64,000 bases of DNA from Macrostomum lignano (taxonomy: Eukaryota), in assembly GCA_002269645.1 (NCBI GenBank), contig NIVC01001459.1:124001-188000 (forward strand), given 5' to 3'. The position numbers were made by a program, and so were the translations under genes. Positions within the stretch are counted from its first letter, which is position 1. Each line of letters opens with the position of its first letter. Positions 14,636 through 29,570 of the stretch are shown piece after piece. The notes under the pieces are model-generated. The model had not been told where the DNA came from. It ran no database searches and worked only from the letters and a program-made list of their open reading frames with translations.

Positions 14636-15606
14636 CAGAAGTCGACAAGCTCCGGCCCTCGAGTTCTTTGAAACTTCTCACAATAGCAATTCGGCCAGTT
14701 TAAGATTTGTGTCTCTTCTCAGCTCTCTTCTCTTTTCTCATCTCTCTCCTCTTCTCTCCACTCTTTCCTATCCATTTTCTCCTCTCCTCTCTAGTTTCTC
14801 CCCTTCTCTCCTCTCTCCTCTCTTCTCTTCTCTCTCTCTTCTCTCCTCTCTCTTCTCTCCTTTTGTCTCCTTTCTCTTCTCTCCTCTCCCTTCTCTCCTA
14901 TCTCTTCTCTACATTCTTTAATCTCTATTTTCTCTTCTCCTCTTTCTTCCTCTTCTCTCCTCTCTCTTCTCTCTTCTCTCTTCTCTCTTCTCTCCTCTCT
15001 CTTCTCTCTTCTCTCTTCTCTCCTTTCTCTTCTCTCTTCTCTCTTCTCTTCTCTCTTCTCTCCTCTCCTTTCTCTCCTCTCCCTTCTCTCCTCTCCCTTC
15101 TCTCCTTTCTCTTCTCTCTTCTCTCCTCTCCCTTCTCTCCTTTCTATTCTGTCTTCTCTCTTCTCTCCTCTACCTTCTCTCCTATCTCTTCTCTACATTC
15201 TTTAATCTCTATTTTATCTTCTCCTCTTTCTTCCTCTTCTCTCCTCTCTCTTCTCTCCTTTTGTCTCCTCTCTCTTCTCTCCTCTTTTTCTCTCCTCTCT
15301 CTTCTCTCTTCTCTCTTCTCTCTTCTCTCTTCTCTCTTCTCTCTTCTCCCTTCTCTCCTCTCCCTTCTCTCCTCTCCCTTCTCTCCTCTCCCTTCTCTCC
15401 TCTCCCTTCTCTCCTCTCCCTTCTCTCCTCTCCCTTCTCTCCTCTCTCTTCTCTACATTCTTTACTCTCTATTTTCTCTTCTCCTCTTTCTTCCTCTCCT
15501 CTCCTCTCTCCTTTCTCCTATCTCTCTTCTCTCCCTTACTCTGACCTGCAGTAATGCGCTAGGCTCTCTCAGACCCTTGGAGGTAAAAAAAGTTTGTTGA
15601 CCCTTG
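14636..15606 (+). mobile_element. Degenerate non-autonomous hAT (Buster/Charlie-like) element whose interior is a CT-rich tract
   Basis: Left end CAGAAGTCGACAAGCT and right end AGTTTGTTGACCCTTG are 11/16 inverted matches. Flanks TCCTACAG/CCTTACAG are a 6/8 TSD with central TA, as in Buster targets. The left end is homologous to 16144 and 47169(-). Confidence 0.6.
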
Positions 15607-16143
15607 CCTTACAGTAAGAAGATAATTTAAATCCAGACTCTTATTGACGGGTCTCCTTGGCTAGAGAGGGAAGGGAGGGGTGAAGATATCGTAAAATCAC
15701 GGTGCTTCGGCTAGATCGTATATGCATATACCGTATAGCAGTTTTCGGGGCTGTTAAGAGGCCGAGGGGTAGGGGGGAGCTGCAGTCTTCGGGAAAACAA
15801 GGAAGAGGGGTGAGGGGAGAAGGCGAGGAAAGAAGGGGGTGTCGGCGCTGGGTGCAGCACGCGAGAATGGCAGCCACTGCCACCAGAAGCAGAAGCTAAG
15901 CATGCACACGCGCGGCTATTGCTAACCTTTTTAGGCATGAGAGCTCCTGACAGGGACAAATTACCTTCTTGCGCAGATTTTTTTCAAGGCTTTTTACCTC
16001 CAATTTCCCTTGCTTGTTACTCCTGCAGTTGCTACCCGGTTGCAGCTGGATTCGTGTTGTCTGTTTTGCAACTGACCTCATTGTACTTTCTTATTGTGAA
16101 TCAACATCCATGGCGTAGTCTGGTGTTTCTTCTTGATCATAAG

Positions 16144-16430
16144 CAGAGGTTAGCATTCTCCGGCCCGCGAAGCCTCTCTATCCGGATCTCGGGTCTTTTA
16201 AAACTTCATAATAGCAATTCGACCACGCTCAAGGTTTGATATCTTCGCATGTACCTTTTCTCAGTTCTTTCCTTTCTCTCCTCTCCTCTCTCCTCTCTTC
16301 TCCTCTCCTCTCCTCTCAGCTCTCGATCCTCTCCTCTCTCTCCTCCTCTCTCCTCTATTGTCTCTTCTCCTCTCATCTAATCTCGTCTCATCTTGTCTCC
16401 TCTCTTCTTCTCTCCTCTTTTCCCTATTCG
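16144..16430 (+). mobile_element. Partial copy of the same hAT-like end followed by a CT-rich tract
   Basis: CAGAGGTTAGCATTCTCCGGCCCGCGAAGCC...TTTAAAACTT aligns with the reverse complement of 47100-47169. Confidence 0.55.
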
Positions 16431-17217
16431 CCTCTTAGTTTAGCAGTTTAGCTAGTTTAGCTAAATACCACAGCGTATAAAACAAAGTTAAAACACACTT
16501 GGTCGCGTTTTCAAAAGGAAGAAGTGAACATGTGATAAATGTAGGTTTCTACGGGCATCGCAAAAATGAAAAATAATTCAAGCTTTTTGCACTTTTTAAG
16601 CTGTAGCTAGGATAGTTAAACAACAAATGCCTTCTTCTCTTCTGTATCATTGTCGTCGCACTTCTCTCCCACTTTCATCATCGGGCCTACAAAGACTTCA
16701 AACGAAAGCGAATCCGAAATCTTTGATAAATTCTTGCCAAGCAACTGAGGGCCATTCGATACACTTGAGGCAGGTCAAAGTGGCTCCACTATAAAGTATA
16801 GTTTGCTTAAAAAAGCATGCAAAAACTCACTGTTCGACAGAGCCACAGTAAATATGAAGGCCTGTCGCTTTTTTAGCTTCTGAAGTATCATAATTTCGAA
16901 ACTGTGTGCGCAAGAGCAGAGCCTATAGCGACTGGCCTAGATGGCAAGAATTTGTTTGCAGAATTGCTTCGTCTTCGTATATCCCCTGCATCCCAGTACA
17001 AAGCTATATAAAGCAGCGAGTTCGACTGCTAAACTGAAGCTTTCCATTCTTGTCTCGATCTGTCTGTCTGTCTGTCTGTCCTATTCTTCAGTTCGACGAA
17101 CGCGCTTGACTTGTATATAATAAGCACAGTAAACAAAGCTGATCCGGCAAAGCTTCACTTTTTACCCCCTTTAACATTGGCAGGCAAAAAAGCTGACTGT
17201 GTCGAATTTTACCAGCA

Positions 17218-18504
17218 ATGCTGAACGCAACAACGAATTTTGATGCGCTACTACAAAATGACACGGAGAACTTGCAGAGCAAGTACAAAACTCTGGTTGC
17301 GCTGTACGCCAGATTCGCTCCGTCAATCCTGATTGTTGATCGAAGCATCACTCCGTTTTGGTATTTCCTCGGCTTATTTGGAAACTTATTGAGCGCCTAC
17401 GTCTGGATGCATCCGAGAGTGCGACGGAAAAACTCGTCAGCCGTGTACCTGGCGGCTCTGTCCGTCTGGGACTTGATCTTCCTGGCTCTGCACCCATTCC
17501 AGGAGGTGCGAGAGGCCTGGATGGGTATTTCCGAGAACTCTTTGCTCGACTGCGGTCTGTTGCACATCCCGTTGCTAACTGCCCAGTACATGTCGCCTGT
17601 ACTAGTGCTCTGTTTCACCGTGGAACGTTGGATTGCAATCTGGTTTCCATTCAAACGAGACTCGTTGTGCACCCCAAAACGAGCCTGCATCGTGACAGTA
17701 GCTATGATCTGCATCGTATTTTTCTATAATCTCATCCAGTTGAAGTTTCGTCGCTACGACTACGAATTGTCAGTGTGCATTGTCAACACCCAGGCTGTTG
17801 AATGGACGGTCTACACGTCTATTAGCGAAATAATTTTCTCGGGGTTTGTGCCAATAAGCGCTCTGGTGTTTAATCTTTTGGTCGCAATCGAGCTCTACCG
17901 AATCACGGTTGGCAACAAGCACATGATGCCTAACGGAGACGGCGGCGACGCCAGTGCTGAGAGAAAGTTCCGTTCGACCACTTTGATGCTGTTGTGCGTG
18001 TCCTTCTTTGTCATCGTCACCTCGCTACCAGCTGGCCTGCTGTACGCTCTGCAGAATCAGAACTACGGCAATGTCACACTGACAGATAGCGAGGTTGAGC
18101 AGGACAGCACCTGGCAGAGCTATTTCAGCGCCACACTGACTAAAAAGATTGTTGACGAATTGTCAATATCGCATTATTCGTTGAATTTTGTGATCTACCT
18201 GCTCACTGGACCGCAGTACCGGATGTACGCGCATCAGCTGCTCAGCTCCATCTTCGGCGGTTGCTGCCGACTCATCCGTGGACGTGTGGGGCAGCCCAAG
18301 GAGCAGCTCAAACAGCGGGAAGATTATTATTTCAATAATAGCCGAACAAACCGGGCCAAGCGTCTCAGCGAGCGAAATTCGACAATGTCGGGAACGAACG
18401 CCACGGCTGTTGGACGCGGATCGGCGGAACTCGACGGCGCAACGACAGGGACGGGCGGCGACACGAACGCTCTAAGTCCGTTAATTGTCAAGAGTACCGT
18501 CTGA
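17218..18504 (+). CDS. Intronless class A (rhodopsin-like) GPCR, FMRFamide/peptide-receptor-like, 428 aa
   Basis: Seven hydrophobic segments. TM1 GN (GLFGNLL), TM2 LAxxxxD (YLAALSVWD), TM3 ERW in place of DRY, ECL Cys pair (LDCGL, SVCIV), TM5 P (GFVP), TM7 NFxxY. N-terminal N-glycosylation sequons (NAT, NDT). Confidence 0.93.
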   Translation: MLNATTNFDALLQNDTENLQSKYKTLVALYARFAPSILIVDRSITPFWYFLGLFGNLLSAYVWMHPRVRRKNSSAVYLAALSVWDLIFLALHPFQEVREAWMGISENSLLDCGLLHIPLLTAQYMSPVLVLCFTVERWIAIWFPFKRDSLCTPKRACIVTVAMICIVFFYNLIQLKFRRYDYELSVCIVNTQAVEWTVYTSISEIIFSGFVPISALVFNLLVAIELYRITVGNKHMMPNGDGGDASAERKFRSTTLMLLCVSFFVIVTSLPAGLLYALQNQNYGNVTLTDSEVEQDSTWQSYFSATLTKKIVDELSISHYSLNFVIYLLTGPQYRMYAHQLLSSIFGGCCRLIRGRVGQPKEQLKQREDYYFNNSRTNRAKRLSERNSTMSGTNATAVGRGSAELDGATTGTGGDTNALSPLIVKSTV

Positions 18505-19708
18505 GGATTATCATTAAATATTTTAAAAACTAATTATGCTCTGTAACTAGTCCTACTCAGCAGCTTAAGTCGGTTTGAATGTTTGTATAAAGACTTCGCT
18601 TTTCAAACATTATCAGTTTTGTTGTTAGTCTCAAAATCGTTGAAAACTGGGTCAATTTTCATGAAATAACTACATGGCTAACGTAATCAAAGCGCGATTG
18701 TTTGGAAAGTTAATCACCAGCACAGCGTGTTTAAGCTTAGCAATTCAATGAAATCCCTTTCTTATTATGCTGTATTTGCTGCTTATGTACCTATCTTTAG
18801 TACCTGAAATGCACTTTTACTGTACTACTTAATCAACTTGGTGTAAATACATTTTTCACATGCAATTCTTGGTCTATTCAATCAAAATCCTCGCCGCAGC
18901 TCGTGAGACTGAAAAACGCCCAAGAAAAGACAGGCCTCTGCTGTAGGTACTTCATAAATTACGCATTAACTTCAGCTTATATAAATACTGTTTCACAACG
19001 TGTTCTGTGTGCCTGAGAGCATTCAGAATTCATTCATTTTCTTATTTTGCGACACCAGTGCTTATTTCATTACTTATTATTATTATCTCATAAATTCGAA
19101 GAACCAAAGAAATAATGCAGTTCTGCTGTATCCATTGTTGCACACAATTATTTTTCAAATTGGTCAAATATTTTTTTAAAATCTGTCCTGCACTATATAC
19201 TTTGAACAGTTTTCTATTTCACGCTTAAATTGTTTAAAAACACAAAATAAAAATACACGCGCTTTTTCCCGCTATTTCTTCAGTATCAACTCTGCTAAAA
19301 TTGCTAATATATTTCACCACCAGGCCTAATGCTACCGTCGACTCTCAGTGTGCAGTACAACTAACATTCCAAACCTGACCAACCGCGTCACAACACCGGA
19401 ACATTCCGACAGTACTCTATATATAGTGAATTCAAAATAGCATATAGTATAACTAATGAAAAATTCTGCAATTGTTTCTCATTGCAAATGCTAATGCAGG
19501 TTTCTGTGGTTTTAAAGAACACAGCTCGTCAAAACACTGCAAGTTGTACAGGTCATTGACTACTGACACAGAAGGACGGTTGGAGCTGGAGGCCAAGTTA
19601 ATTCCGCTACAAAATGCAATCGCGAGATGGGAACTTTTCGGCTTGTTACAGAACTGAATTACATGTACCAATATCTGATCACCTTCTGTGCTTTCAAATT
19701 GTACATGT

Positions 19709-20740
19709 AAATATGGCAAATCCATCTACACAATATCTACCATTCTCTATGACAAAACCATCTACACAATATCTACCATTGTCTATGGCAAAAACATCTA
19801 CACAATATCTACCATTGTCTATGACAAAAACATCTACACAATATCTACCATTGTCTATGGCAAAACCATCTACACAATATCTACCATTGTCTATGACAAA
19901 ACCATCTACACAATATCTACCATTGTCTATGACAAAACCATCTACACAATATCTACCATTGTCTATGGCAAAACCATCTACACAATATCTACCATTCTCT
20001 ATGACAAAACCATCTACACAATATCTACCATTGTCTATAACAAAAACATCTACACAATATCTACCATTGTCTATGGCAAAACCATCTACACAATATCTAC
20101 CATTGTCTATGACAAGGCCATATGCACAATATCTACCATTGTCTATGGCAAAACCATCTACACAATATCTACCATTGTCTATGGCAAAACCATCTACACA
20201 ATATCTACCATTGTCTATGGCAAAACCATCTACACAATATCTACCATTCTCTATGACAAAACCATCTACACAATATCTACCATTGTCTATGGCAAAACCA
20301 TCTACACAATATCTACCATTTGTCTATGGCAAATCCATCTACACAATATCTACCATTGTCTATGGCAAAACCATCTACACAATATCTACCATTGTCTAGG
20401 GCAAAACCATCTACACAATATCTACCATTCTCTATGACAAAACCATCTACACAATATCTACCATTGTCTATGGCAAAACCATCTACACAATATCTACCAT
20501 TGTCTATGGCAAAACCATCTACACAATATCTACCATTGTCTATGACAAAACCATCTACACAATATCTACCATTGTCTATGACAAAACCATCTACACAATA
20601 TCTACCATTGTCTATGGCAAAACCATCTACACAATATCTACCATTCTCTATGACAAAACCATCTACACAATATCTACCATTGTCTATGACAAGGCCATAT
20701 GCACAATATCTACCATTGTCTATGACAAGGCCATATGCAA
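19709..20740. repeat. 36-bp minisatellite (CTATGGCAAAACCATCTACACAATATCTACCATTGT)
   Basis: Direct reading; one extra base near 20320 shifts the repeat ORFs. Confidence 0.95.
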
Positions 20741-22269
20741 AGCACATTGTCTCATGAATTTAGTTTTAGTAGCCACCTAAACGCAATGATTTCGAATCAT
20801 AGCGTACCTAGCTACATGTACATACAGTGTCGAAGCTGTGTGCGTTAATTGCCGTTTTCCATGTTGATTGACTTTCTTTCAAGAATTTATCGTATTGGGA
20901 TCATATTGGGAATATCTCAATCTTCCAAAGCATCCTTCTGCTTCAGCTGTTCATGTTTCCACACCTTTTTAAATAATCTAATTTATAATACGGGGATCAA
21001 ATAAATTCCATTAAACTTGAAGTCTTCTTACTACATGCAAGATATACGCTCGAAGCACGCTGTTTTCCAAGCCTCGCACCGTTTCGCAGTATTATTATAT
21101 TTTATCTACTGTTAGCTACATGTCATATGGACTACTGAAAACCTGAATAACCGTTTAGTACGAGCTAAGAGTGACAATTTGAAATTGTCAATGCTTATTA
21201 AAAAAGCCATTCATCATTATCCATTCTATACTTTGTTTGAACAAACAACACGTGTACAATTCTGCCTAAAGCTTAGACTCTGCTGTCTTCATATTCACGT
21301 AGTTATGTATACAAGAGGCACCACGATAATACAAGTCTAAGAAGCACTAAGAAGCCTCGTGGCAGTTAAAGACTATTCCAGTTAAAAATGACCGCGCGTA
21401 ACGTCAGTTTCCACTGAAATGAATACAGCAGCTGAACCATGTCGATTCTTGCGTCACCCACTGCAAATGGAATGCCTCGATTGAATGCTGTTGTCATTAA
21501 TAATTATAACACGAGCGTAGTTATATGCAGACATATACAAGCGTACCTAGCCTGAGACAATATTGCCGAATGCAATGGCGATCCAATCGAGACAAAAGTC
21601 TAGCAAGGACGCTAAAGAAGAAGAGAGTCAAGAGAGGAAAAAGATTATCTAGTTCAAAAGCGAGCATCAACTGTTGAGATGCGCCTTCTGAATAATAATT
21701 ACCTGCATGAGAGTAGGCAACCTCTAATTATACTTGGCACTCAGACGAACGTCACTGAGACTTATATAAAGAAGCAAGAAGTATCCATCGTTTCTTTTGT
21801 TTTACAGAAGTCAGCAGTGCAATTTGATTCCCAAAGCTCAATTTATATGTATTCTTTTTAAGACGAACGATACACGATCCAAGTCACCTGCATGGTGTCA
21901 CTGAAGTTTATAGGCAAAGCTTACACTACAGAACATTTGCTTTTATTCTTCAGTCTATACCTGTCTGTAGCTACGAGCCGTATCTGCTTTCAAGTTTAAA
22001 TGCGAAAAGAGAATTAAAATTGCTACCAGTCGAGCTCGAGAATGTACTCAAGAAAGAACTAATGTAAAAAAAAGTCATGTTTTTGTATAGCATATGACTT
22101 TTCTGAAAAGTCCATTTGGTTATTGGACACAATTGATTTATGAATTTTGGTCTAATTTATGCATTATGAGCTGTCTATAGCTCTGTAATGGCTGATCTTG
22201 TCCATTTTTTTCTGTCTGTAAAGTGAATGCGCTCGTGTATTGCATTGTTAATTACCAAGCATAGTTTAC

Positions 22270-22443
22270 TGTTCTATTGACTAGATTAAATTTTCAATCC
22301 ATTCTGTAGGTTAGCAATCCATTCTATAGATTGAAAATCCAATCTATAGATTAGCAATCCATTTATTAGATTTGCAGTCCATTGTATAGATTAGCAATCC
22401 AGTCTATAGATTAGCAATCCAGTCTATAGATTAGCAATCCATT
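22270..22443 (-). repeat. 20-bp minisatellite family A, array 4 left part (inverted orientation)
   Basis: TCTATAGATTAGCAATCCA is the reverse complement of family A. Confidence 0.85.
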
Positions 22444-22458
22444 GTACCGTATAGGTTA

Positions 22459-24481
<2,023 letters not shown>

Positions 24482-25340
24482 CTGTCCCGGAACCAGATGG
24501 CATAATGATGACAGCTTTATCTTGCCATCGTGTCGAGGTAAAAATACTATGCATACAGTATCGCCGATAGGCCTGACGAACAGCATGAGTAGACCCCAGG
24601 AAGACCTCATTTCAAAGTTAATTGTCGCAATTTCCCAAAAAAATCAATTTTCTGTGTTGTGTTGCCCCTGATCGACGCTTCTGAATCATTGTACACTCAA
24701 CGTCAAGGACAAGGTAGAAAAACACAAAATACTGTAGAAGTTTCAAATTCGACAAGGTACACGTAATTACTCATATTGATTTACTGTAGATTAAAGAGTG
24801 GAAATGACGCTATATTACATGCACGAACTGTATTCATACAATTATGACCAGACTGTACAAGCAAAAAGTACTTCAATTCTCCTCGGGATGCGATGCTAGC
24901 AGGGAAAATTTATTAAAAATTCCTCTTAACAAGTTTCCCTCCCACTGAACAAGAAAACTCACTTGGGCTCCAATTGATTGCAGTCATGGTATACGCAATC
25001 GTTATGTGTCGTGGGTCGTTTATCAATTAGAACATTTTTTCCAAAGTGCATTCTAAAGCTGCAAAACTGCATTAACGAGATGGGAAGCTTTTAGCTTGTT
25101 TAGCACCTTGAATTCCCAATGTCACATCTTCTGGATTTTGAAAAGCAGCCAACCTTGGCCTTATTCGTTTTGAAAACATTTTTCCTTTTGGGGGAGGGGC
25201 TTTTAAAAGTTGACACGGAAACTGTGGCCATTCGCCTAGTCATAGTAGTCTATGGCCCAAACCAAAATACTTAGAAGGCGCTATGAGTCTTCCACTTCTA
25301 TATTTAAAACCAAAAGATCTTGGCAAGTCCTTACAGTGTA

Positions 25341-25811
25341 CACCATTTTACCTCCTATTTTGAACAAAGTCTTTTTCAAAAGAAACAAGCAGAACTTCAA
25401 TTCAAACACTTTAAGAAATATCAGCCCTTGCGGAAATTCAAATCAAACAAAGTCCCTTTCTATTGAAGCATTCATATCGTTTCTTGTTGCGCAACGATTG
25501 TACAGTTATGCAGTACAGGAAAAACAAAAAATTAGATTAATGTACTAAAATGTACTTGTGCCTATGTGCAAAAATCTCTGTCGAAATAGAATGTGACTTT
25601 GTTTCTTTTGAATTTCAAATCTGCGCATGCGCGTCATTCGGGGACAATTTTGGCCACAGACAGTCTGAATTGAAGTTCTTCTGTTTCAATAGAAAGGGAC
25701 TTTGTTTGAATTGAATTTCCGCAAGGGCTGTTATTTCTTAAAGTGTTTGAATTGAAGTTCTGCTTGTTTCTTTTAAAAAAGACTTTGTTCAAAATAGGAG
25801 GTAAAATGGTG
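25341..25811. mobile_element. MITE with ~130-bp TIRs (CACCATTTTACCTCC...) and TA TSD, inserted in the IS630-like element
   Basis: 25341-~25470 is the near-perfect reverse complement of ~25683-25811; TA at 25339-25340 and 25812-25813. Confidence 0.9.
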
Positions 25812-25919
25812 TAGTGCTGTCAAAAGCGAAATTACAGTCATAAAAATGGCACTGCACAAAAACCATCAAGCAAAGGCAGAGACATCCTGACGGTCCATGT
25901 CCCCAGTTATTGTCAATCA

Positions 25920-26600
25920 ATCACAATTTGGCAGGTAATCGCAGCATGTGACGATGCCAATGGCTTTCTTCGCAACCAGCACCATGACTAGCTCTTGTTT
26001 TGCAGGGTGAAGTCTGACGGTGGCGTCGCCAGCTCCTCAGTCGTAGCCCGCGCCTTCACTGGCTGCTTTGAAAACGCTGTGAGCAAGCTCAACCGGGATT
26101 GAGAGCCGGCGAGTATAGTAGGGTGGGTTGCAGTGTGCTCGCGCAGGGAGATCCGCAGGGAGCACAACCCATTGATGAATTCCTGGAATCGATGGTGGAT
26201 CAAAATTGTTATATGACCTCATAGAAGATGAGGCCCATCTCCTCCTACGTTGTCAGCGCCACATTTACTTTGCTTCCCTTCCGAGCATGAGCTGGGCTGC
26301 CTATCCTGCTTTCCCTTGGCCCAATTCGTGTCTAGATGTTAAGGCCGCACTCATCAAGGAACACAACAGTCGTGTTCAGCTGCTGTGTTGATGAAACATA
26401 GGGCATACTCCTGCCTAATTTTTACGGCGCGATTAGAATTGCGAGCTTCCGGAATGTTGCTTCCCTTCGTAGTATCCTTCAGAGTGTACAGCTGTCCATC
26501 CAGTGCTGGTAAAATGGTTGTCTTGTCGATGATCCACTGCAGACCATTGAACTGTTTCAGCAAGCGCTGCCGCATCGGCTGTGTTAGAAATGTGTACATG
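25920..26600 (-). pseudogene. IS630-type DDE transposase pseudogene
   Basis: Manual translation gives YTLK...PEARNS...KIRQEYA, then VFLDECGLN (~26350), then YSPALNP/VELAHSVFKAA (~26100), with stops and frameshifts. Confidence 0.8.
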
Positions 26601-27616
26601 TACATGTACTCTCAGAAATGCTTCTGCACTGAATGGTCTTTAGTAATATAGCCTGGCTATAGACAAAATTAGCGGCTGGAGTGGCCCAAGGAATTCTAAA
26701 TCTATTTCTCAAGGGGTTTGGACATGGACTTCTATACTTGGCATCTAAGATGCTAAGTATAGAAGTCCATGGGTTTGGAAAATGGATTGCCTCAATTGAA
26801 AAAAAACTGATTGCGCTAACCATTTTGGTTTGGGCCATAGACTATACTTTGACAAGGCGAACCCACATGGCCACATGCAGTCTCCCGAATGGAAAATTGA
26901 CTGCAAAAAGTGATAATATTTTCTCCAAAGGTATGAGCCTATAGGAGCACGCAATTTGATCCTTAGCGGAGTGGTCAAGCAATTGAAGACTTGCGTTTTC
27001 ATTTCTATGACCCAGTAGAGGGGGTAATGTGCAAGAAGCCATTTTGAGATCACTTTGGGCGCTCGACCGCGCGCAATGCTTTTGAAGCTTTTTATAATAA
27101 TTTTTCAGCTTATTACGATTAAAAAACTTTTAGCTTTAGACCACAGCTAGCTATCTATATGTCTTGATGTGCAATAAATCATAAGCTACATGTAGGATCG
27201 CATCGCTCGATTATTCAATAATGTAAATTATAGATCGAGATTGCATATCAGAATGCTAAAATAGATAAATATACAACTCTCCTACTGTAAGTAGCATAAT
27301 AAAGCATATGATAATAAATAGAGTATATTTTCCACTCGAAAGGAGCAAACATTATGAAGTTGACACAGAGGCCTAAAGTATCATAATAATCTAGCATTTT
27401 GGCAGCTAAATTGTTTCATTGCCCTCTTGTAGGAGGCTGGTTTTATCTCAGCAACAGCAACAGGGTCAAGTTTAGTCTAGGTACATGTAATTACCGATTG
27501 AATACTAGTGAATGAAGACGCTGTCGTCTTCAAAGGTGGGACGATGGTTTATATTGTGTCCATTATTGTTTATGGCTATGACATCTATTTATTTAACCTA
27601 AATTGAGAGCTAAAAA

Positions 27617-29570
27617 GCCCCCCACGCTCCTGGCATTAGTTAGTCTAGTGGTATAGTGGGGGACTGGCCGCCCCCCACGCCCCTGGCATTAGTTAGTCTA
27701 GTGGTATAGTGGGGGCTGGCCGCCCCCACGCCCCTGGCATTTGTTAGTCTAGTGGTATAGTGGGGGCTGGTCGCCCCCACGCCCCTGGCATTTATTAGTC
27801 TAGTGGTATAGTGGGGGGCTCGCCGCCCCCACGCCCCTGGCATTAGTTAGTCTAAGTGGTATAGTGGGGGCTGGCCACCCCCACGCCCCTGGCATTAGTT
27901 AGTCTAGTGGTATAGTGGGTGGCTGGCCGCCCCCACGCCCCTGGCATTAGTTAGTCTAGTGGTATAGTGGGGGGCTGGCCGCCCCCCACGCCCCTGGCAT
28001 TAGTTAGTCTAGTGGTATAGTGGGGGCTGGCCGCCCCCCACGCCCCTGGCATTAGTTAGTCTAGTGGTATAGTGGGGGGCTGGCCGCCCCCACGCCCCTG
28101 GCATTAGTTAGTCTAGTGGTATAGTGGTATAGTGGGGGGCTAGCCGCCCCCCACGCCCCTGGCATTAGTTAGTCTAGTGGTATAGTGGGGGGCTGGCCGC
28201 CCCCCACGCCCCTGGCATTAGTTAGTCTAGTGGTATAGTGGGGGGCTGGCCACCCCCACGCCCCTGGCATTAGTTAGTCTAGTGGTATAGTGGGGGGCTG
28301 GCCACCCCCACGCCCCTGGCATTAGTTAGTCTAGTGGTATAGTGGGGGGCTGGCCGCCCCCACGCCCCTGGCATTAGTTAGTCTAGTGGTATAGTGGGGG
28401 GCTGGCCGCCCCCCACGCCCCTGGCATTAGTTAGTCTAGTGGTATAGTGGGGGGCTGGCCGCCCCCACGCCCCTGGCATTAGTTAGTCTAAGTGGTATAG
28501 TGGGGGGCTGGCCGCCCCCACGCCCCTGGCATTAGTTAGTCTAAGTGGTATAGTGGGGGCTGGCCGCCCCCCACGCCCCTGGCATTAGTTAGTCTAGTGG
28601 TATAGTGGGGGCTGGCCACCCCCCACGCCCCTGGCATTAGTTAGTCTAGTGGTATAGTGGGGGGCTGGCCGCCCCCACGCCCCTGGCATTTATTAGTCTA
28701 GTGGTATAGTGGGGGGCTCGCCGCCCCCACGCCCCTGGCATTAGTTAGTCTAAGTGGTATAGTGGGGGGCTGGCCGCCCCCCACGCCCCTGGCATTAGTT
28801 AGTCTAGTGGTATAGTGGTATAGTGGGGGCTGGCCGCCCCCCACACCTGGCATTAGTTAGTCTAGTGGTATAGTAGGGGGCTGGCCGCCCCCACGCCCCT
28901 GGCATTAGTTAGTCTAGTGGTATAGTGGGGGGCTGGCCGCCCCCACGCCCCTGGCATTAGTTAGTCTAGTGGTATAGTGGGGGGCTGGCCGCCCCCCACG
29001 CCCCTGGCATTAGTTAGTCTAAGTGGTATAGTGGGGGCTTGCCGCCCCCCACGCCCCTGGCATTAGTTAGTCTAGTGGTATAGTGGGGGCTGGCCACCCC
29101 CACGCCCCTGGCATTAGTTAGTCTAGTGGTATAGTGGGGGCTGGCCGCCCCCACGCCCCTGGCATTAGTTAGTCTAGTGGTATAGTGGGGGCTGGCCGCC
29201 CCCACGCCCCTGGCATTAGTTAGTCTAGTGGTATAGTAGGGGGCTGGCCGCCCCCCACGCCCCTGGCATTTATTAGTCTAGTGGTATAGTGGGGGGCTGG
29301 CCGCCCCCCACGCCCCTGGCATTAGTTTCTCTAGTGGTATAGTGGGGGGCTGGCCGCCCCCACGCCCCTGGCATTAGTTAGTCTAGTGGTATAGTGGGGG
29401 GCTGGCCGCCCCCCACGCCACTGGCATTAGTTAGTCTAGTGGTATAGTGGGGGGCTGGCCGCCCCCACACCCCTGGCATTAGTTTCTCTAGTGGTATAGT
29501 GGGGAGTTGGCCGCCCCACGCCCCTGGCATTAGTTTGTCTAGTGGTATAGTGGAGGGCTGGCCGCCCCCA
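27617..29570. repeat. 51-53-bp minisatellite (~37 units) inside unit 1
   Basis: Unit CCCCCACGCCCCTGGCATTAGTTAGTCTAGTGGTATAGTGGGGGGCTGGCCG. Confidence 0.95.

Larger units (their letters stand above)
25248..26842 (-). mobile_element. IS630/Tc1/mariner-superfamily element with 21-bp TIRs and TA TSD
   Basis: Perfect TIR GTCTATGGCCCAAACCAAAAT at 25248-25268 and 26822-26842, each flanked by TA; contains a transposase relic. Confidence 0.85.

Noticed and set aside
19614-20757. Long repeat ORFs (MAKPSTQYLPLS)n / (YGKTIYTISTIV)n
   Set aside because: A 36-bp unit is stop-free in several frames on both strands, a 1-bp indel breaks the frame, and there is no unique domain or splice support.
26584-26838. 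SILDAK-containing ORF resembling a maT/DD37D transposase C-terminus
   Set aside because: The motif comes from the 49-bp palindrome; no catalytic motifs in frame.
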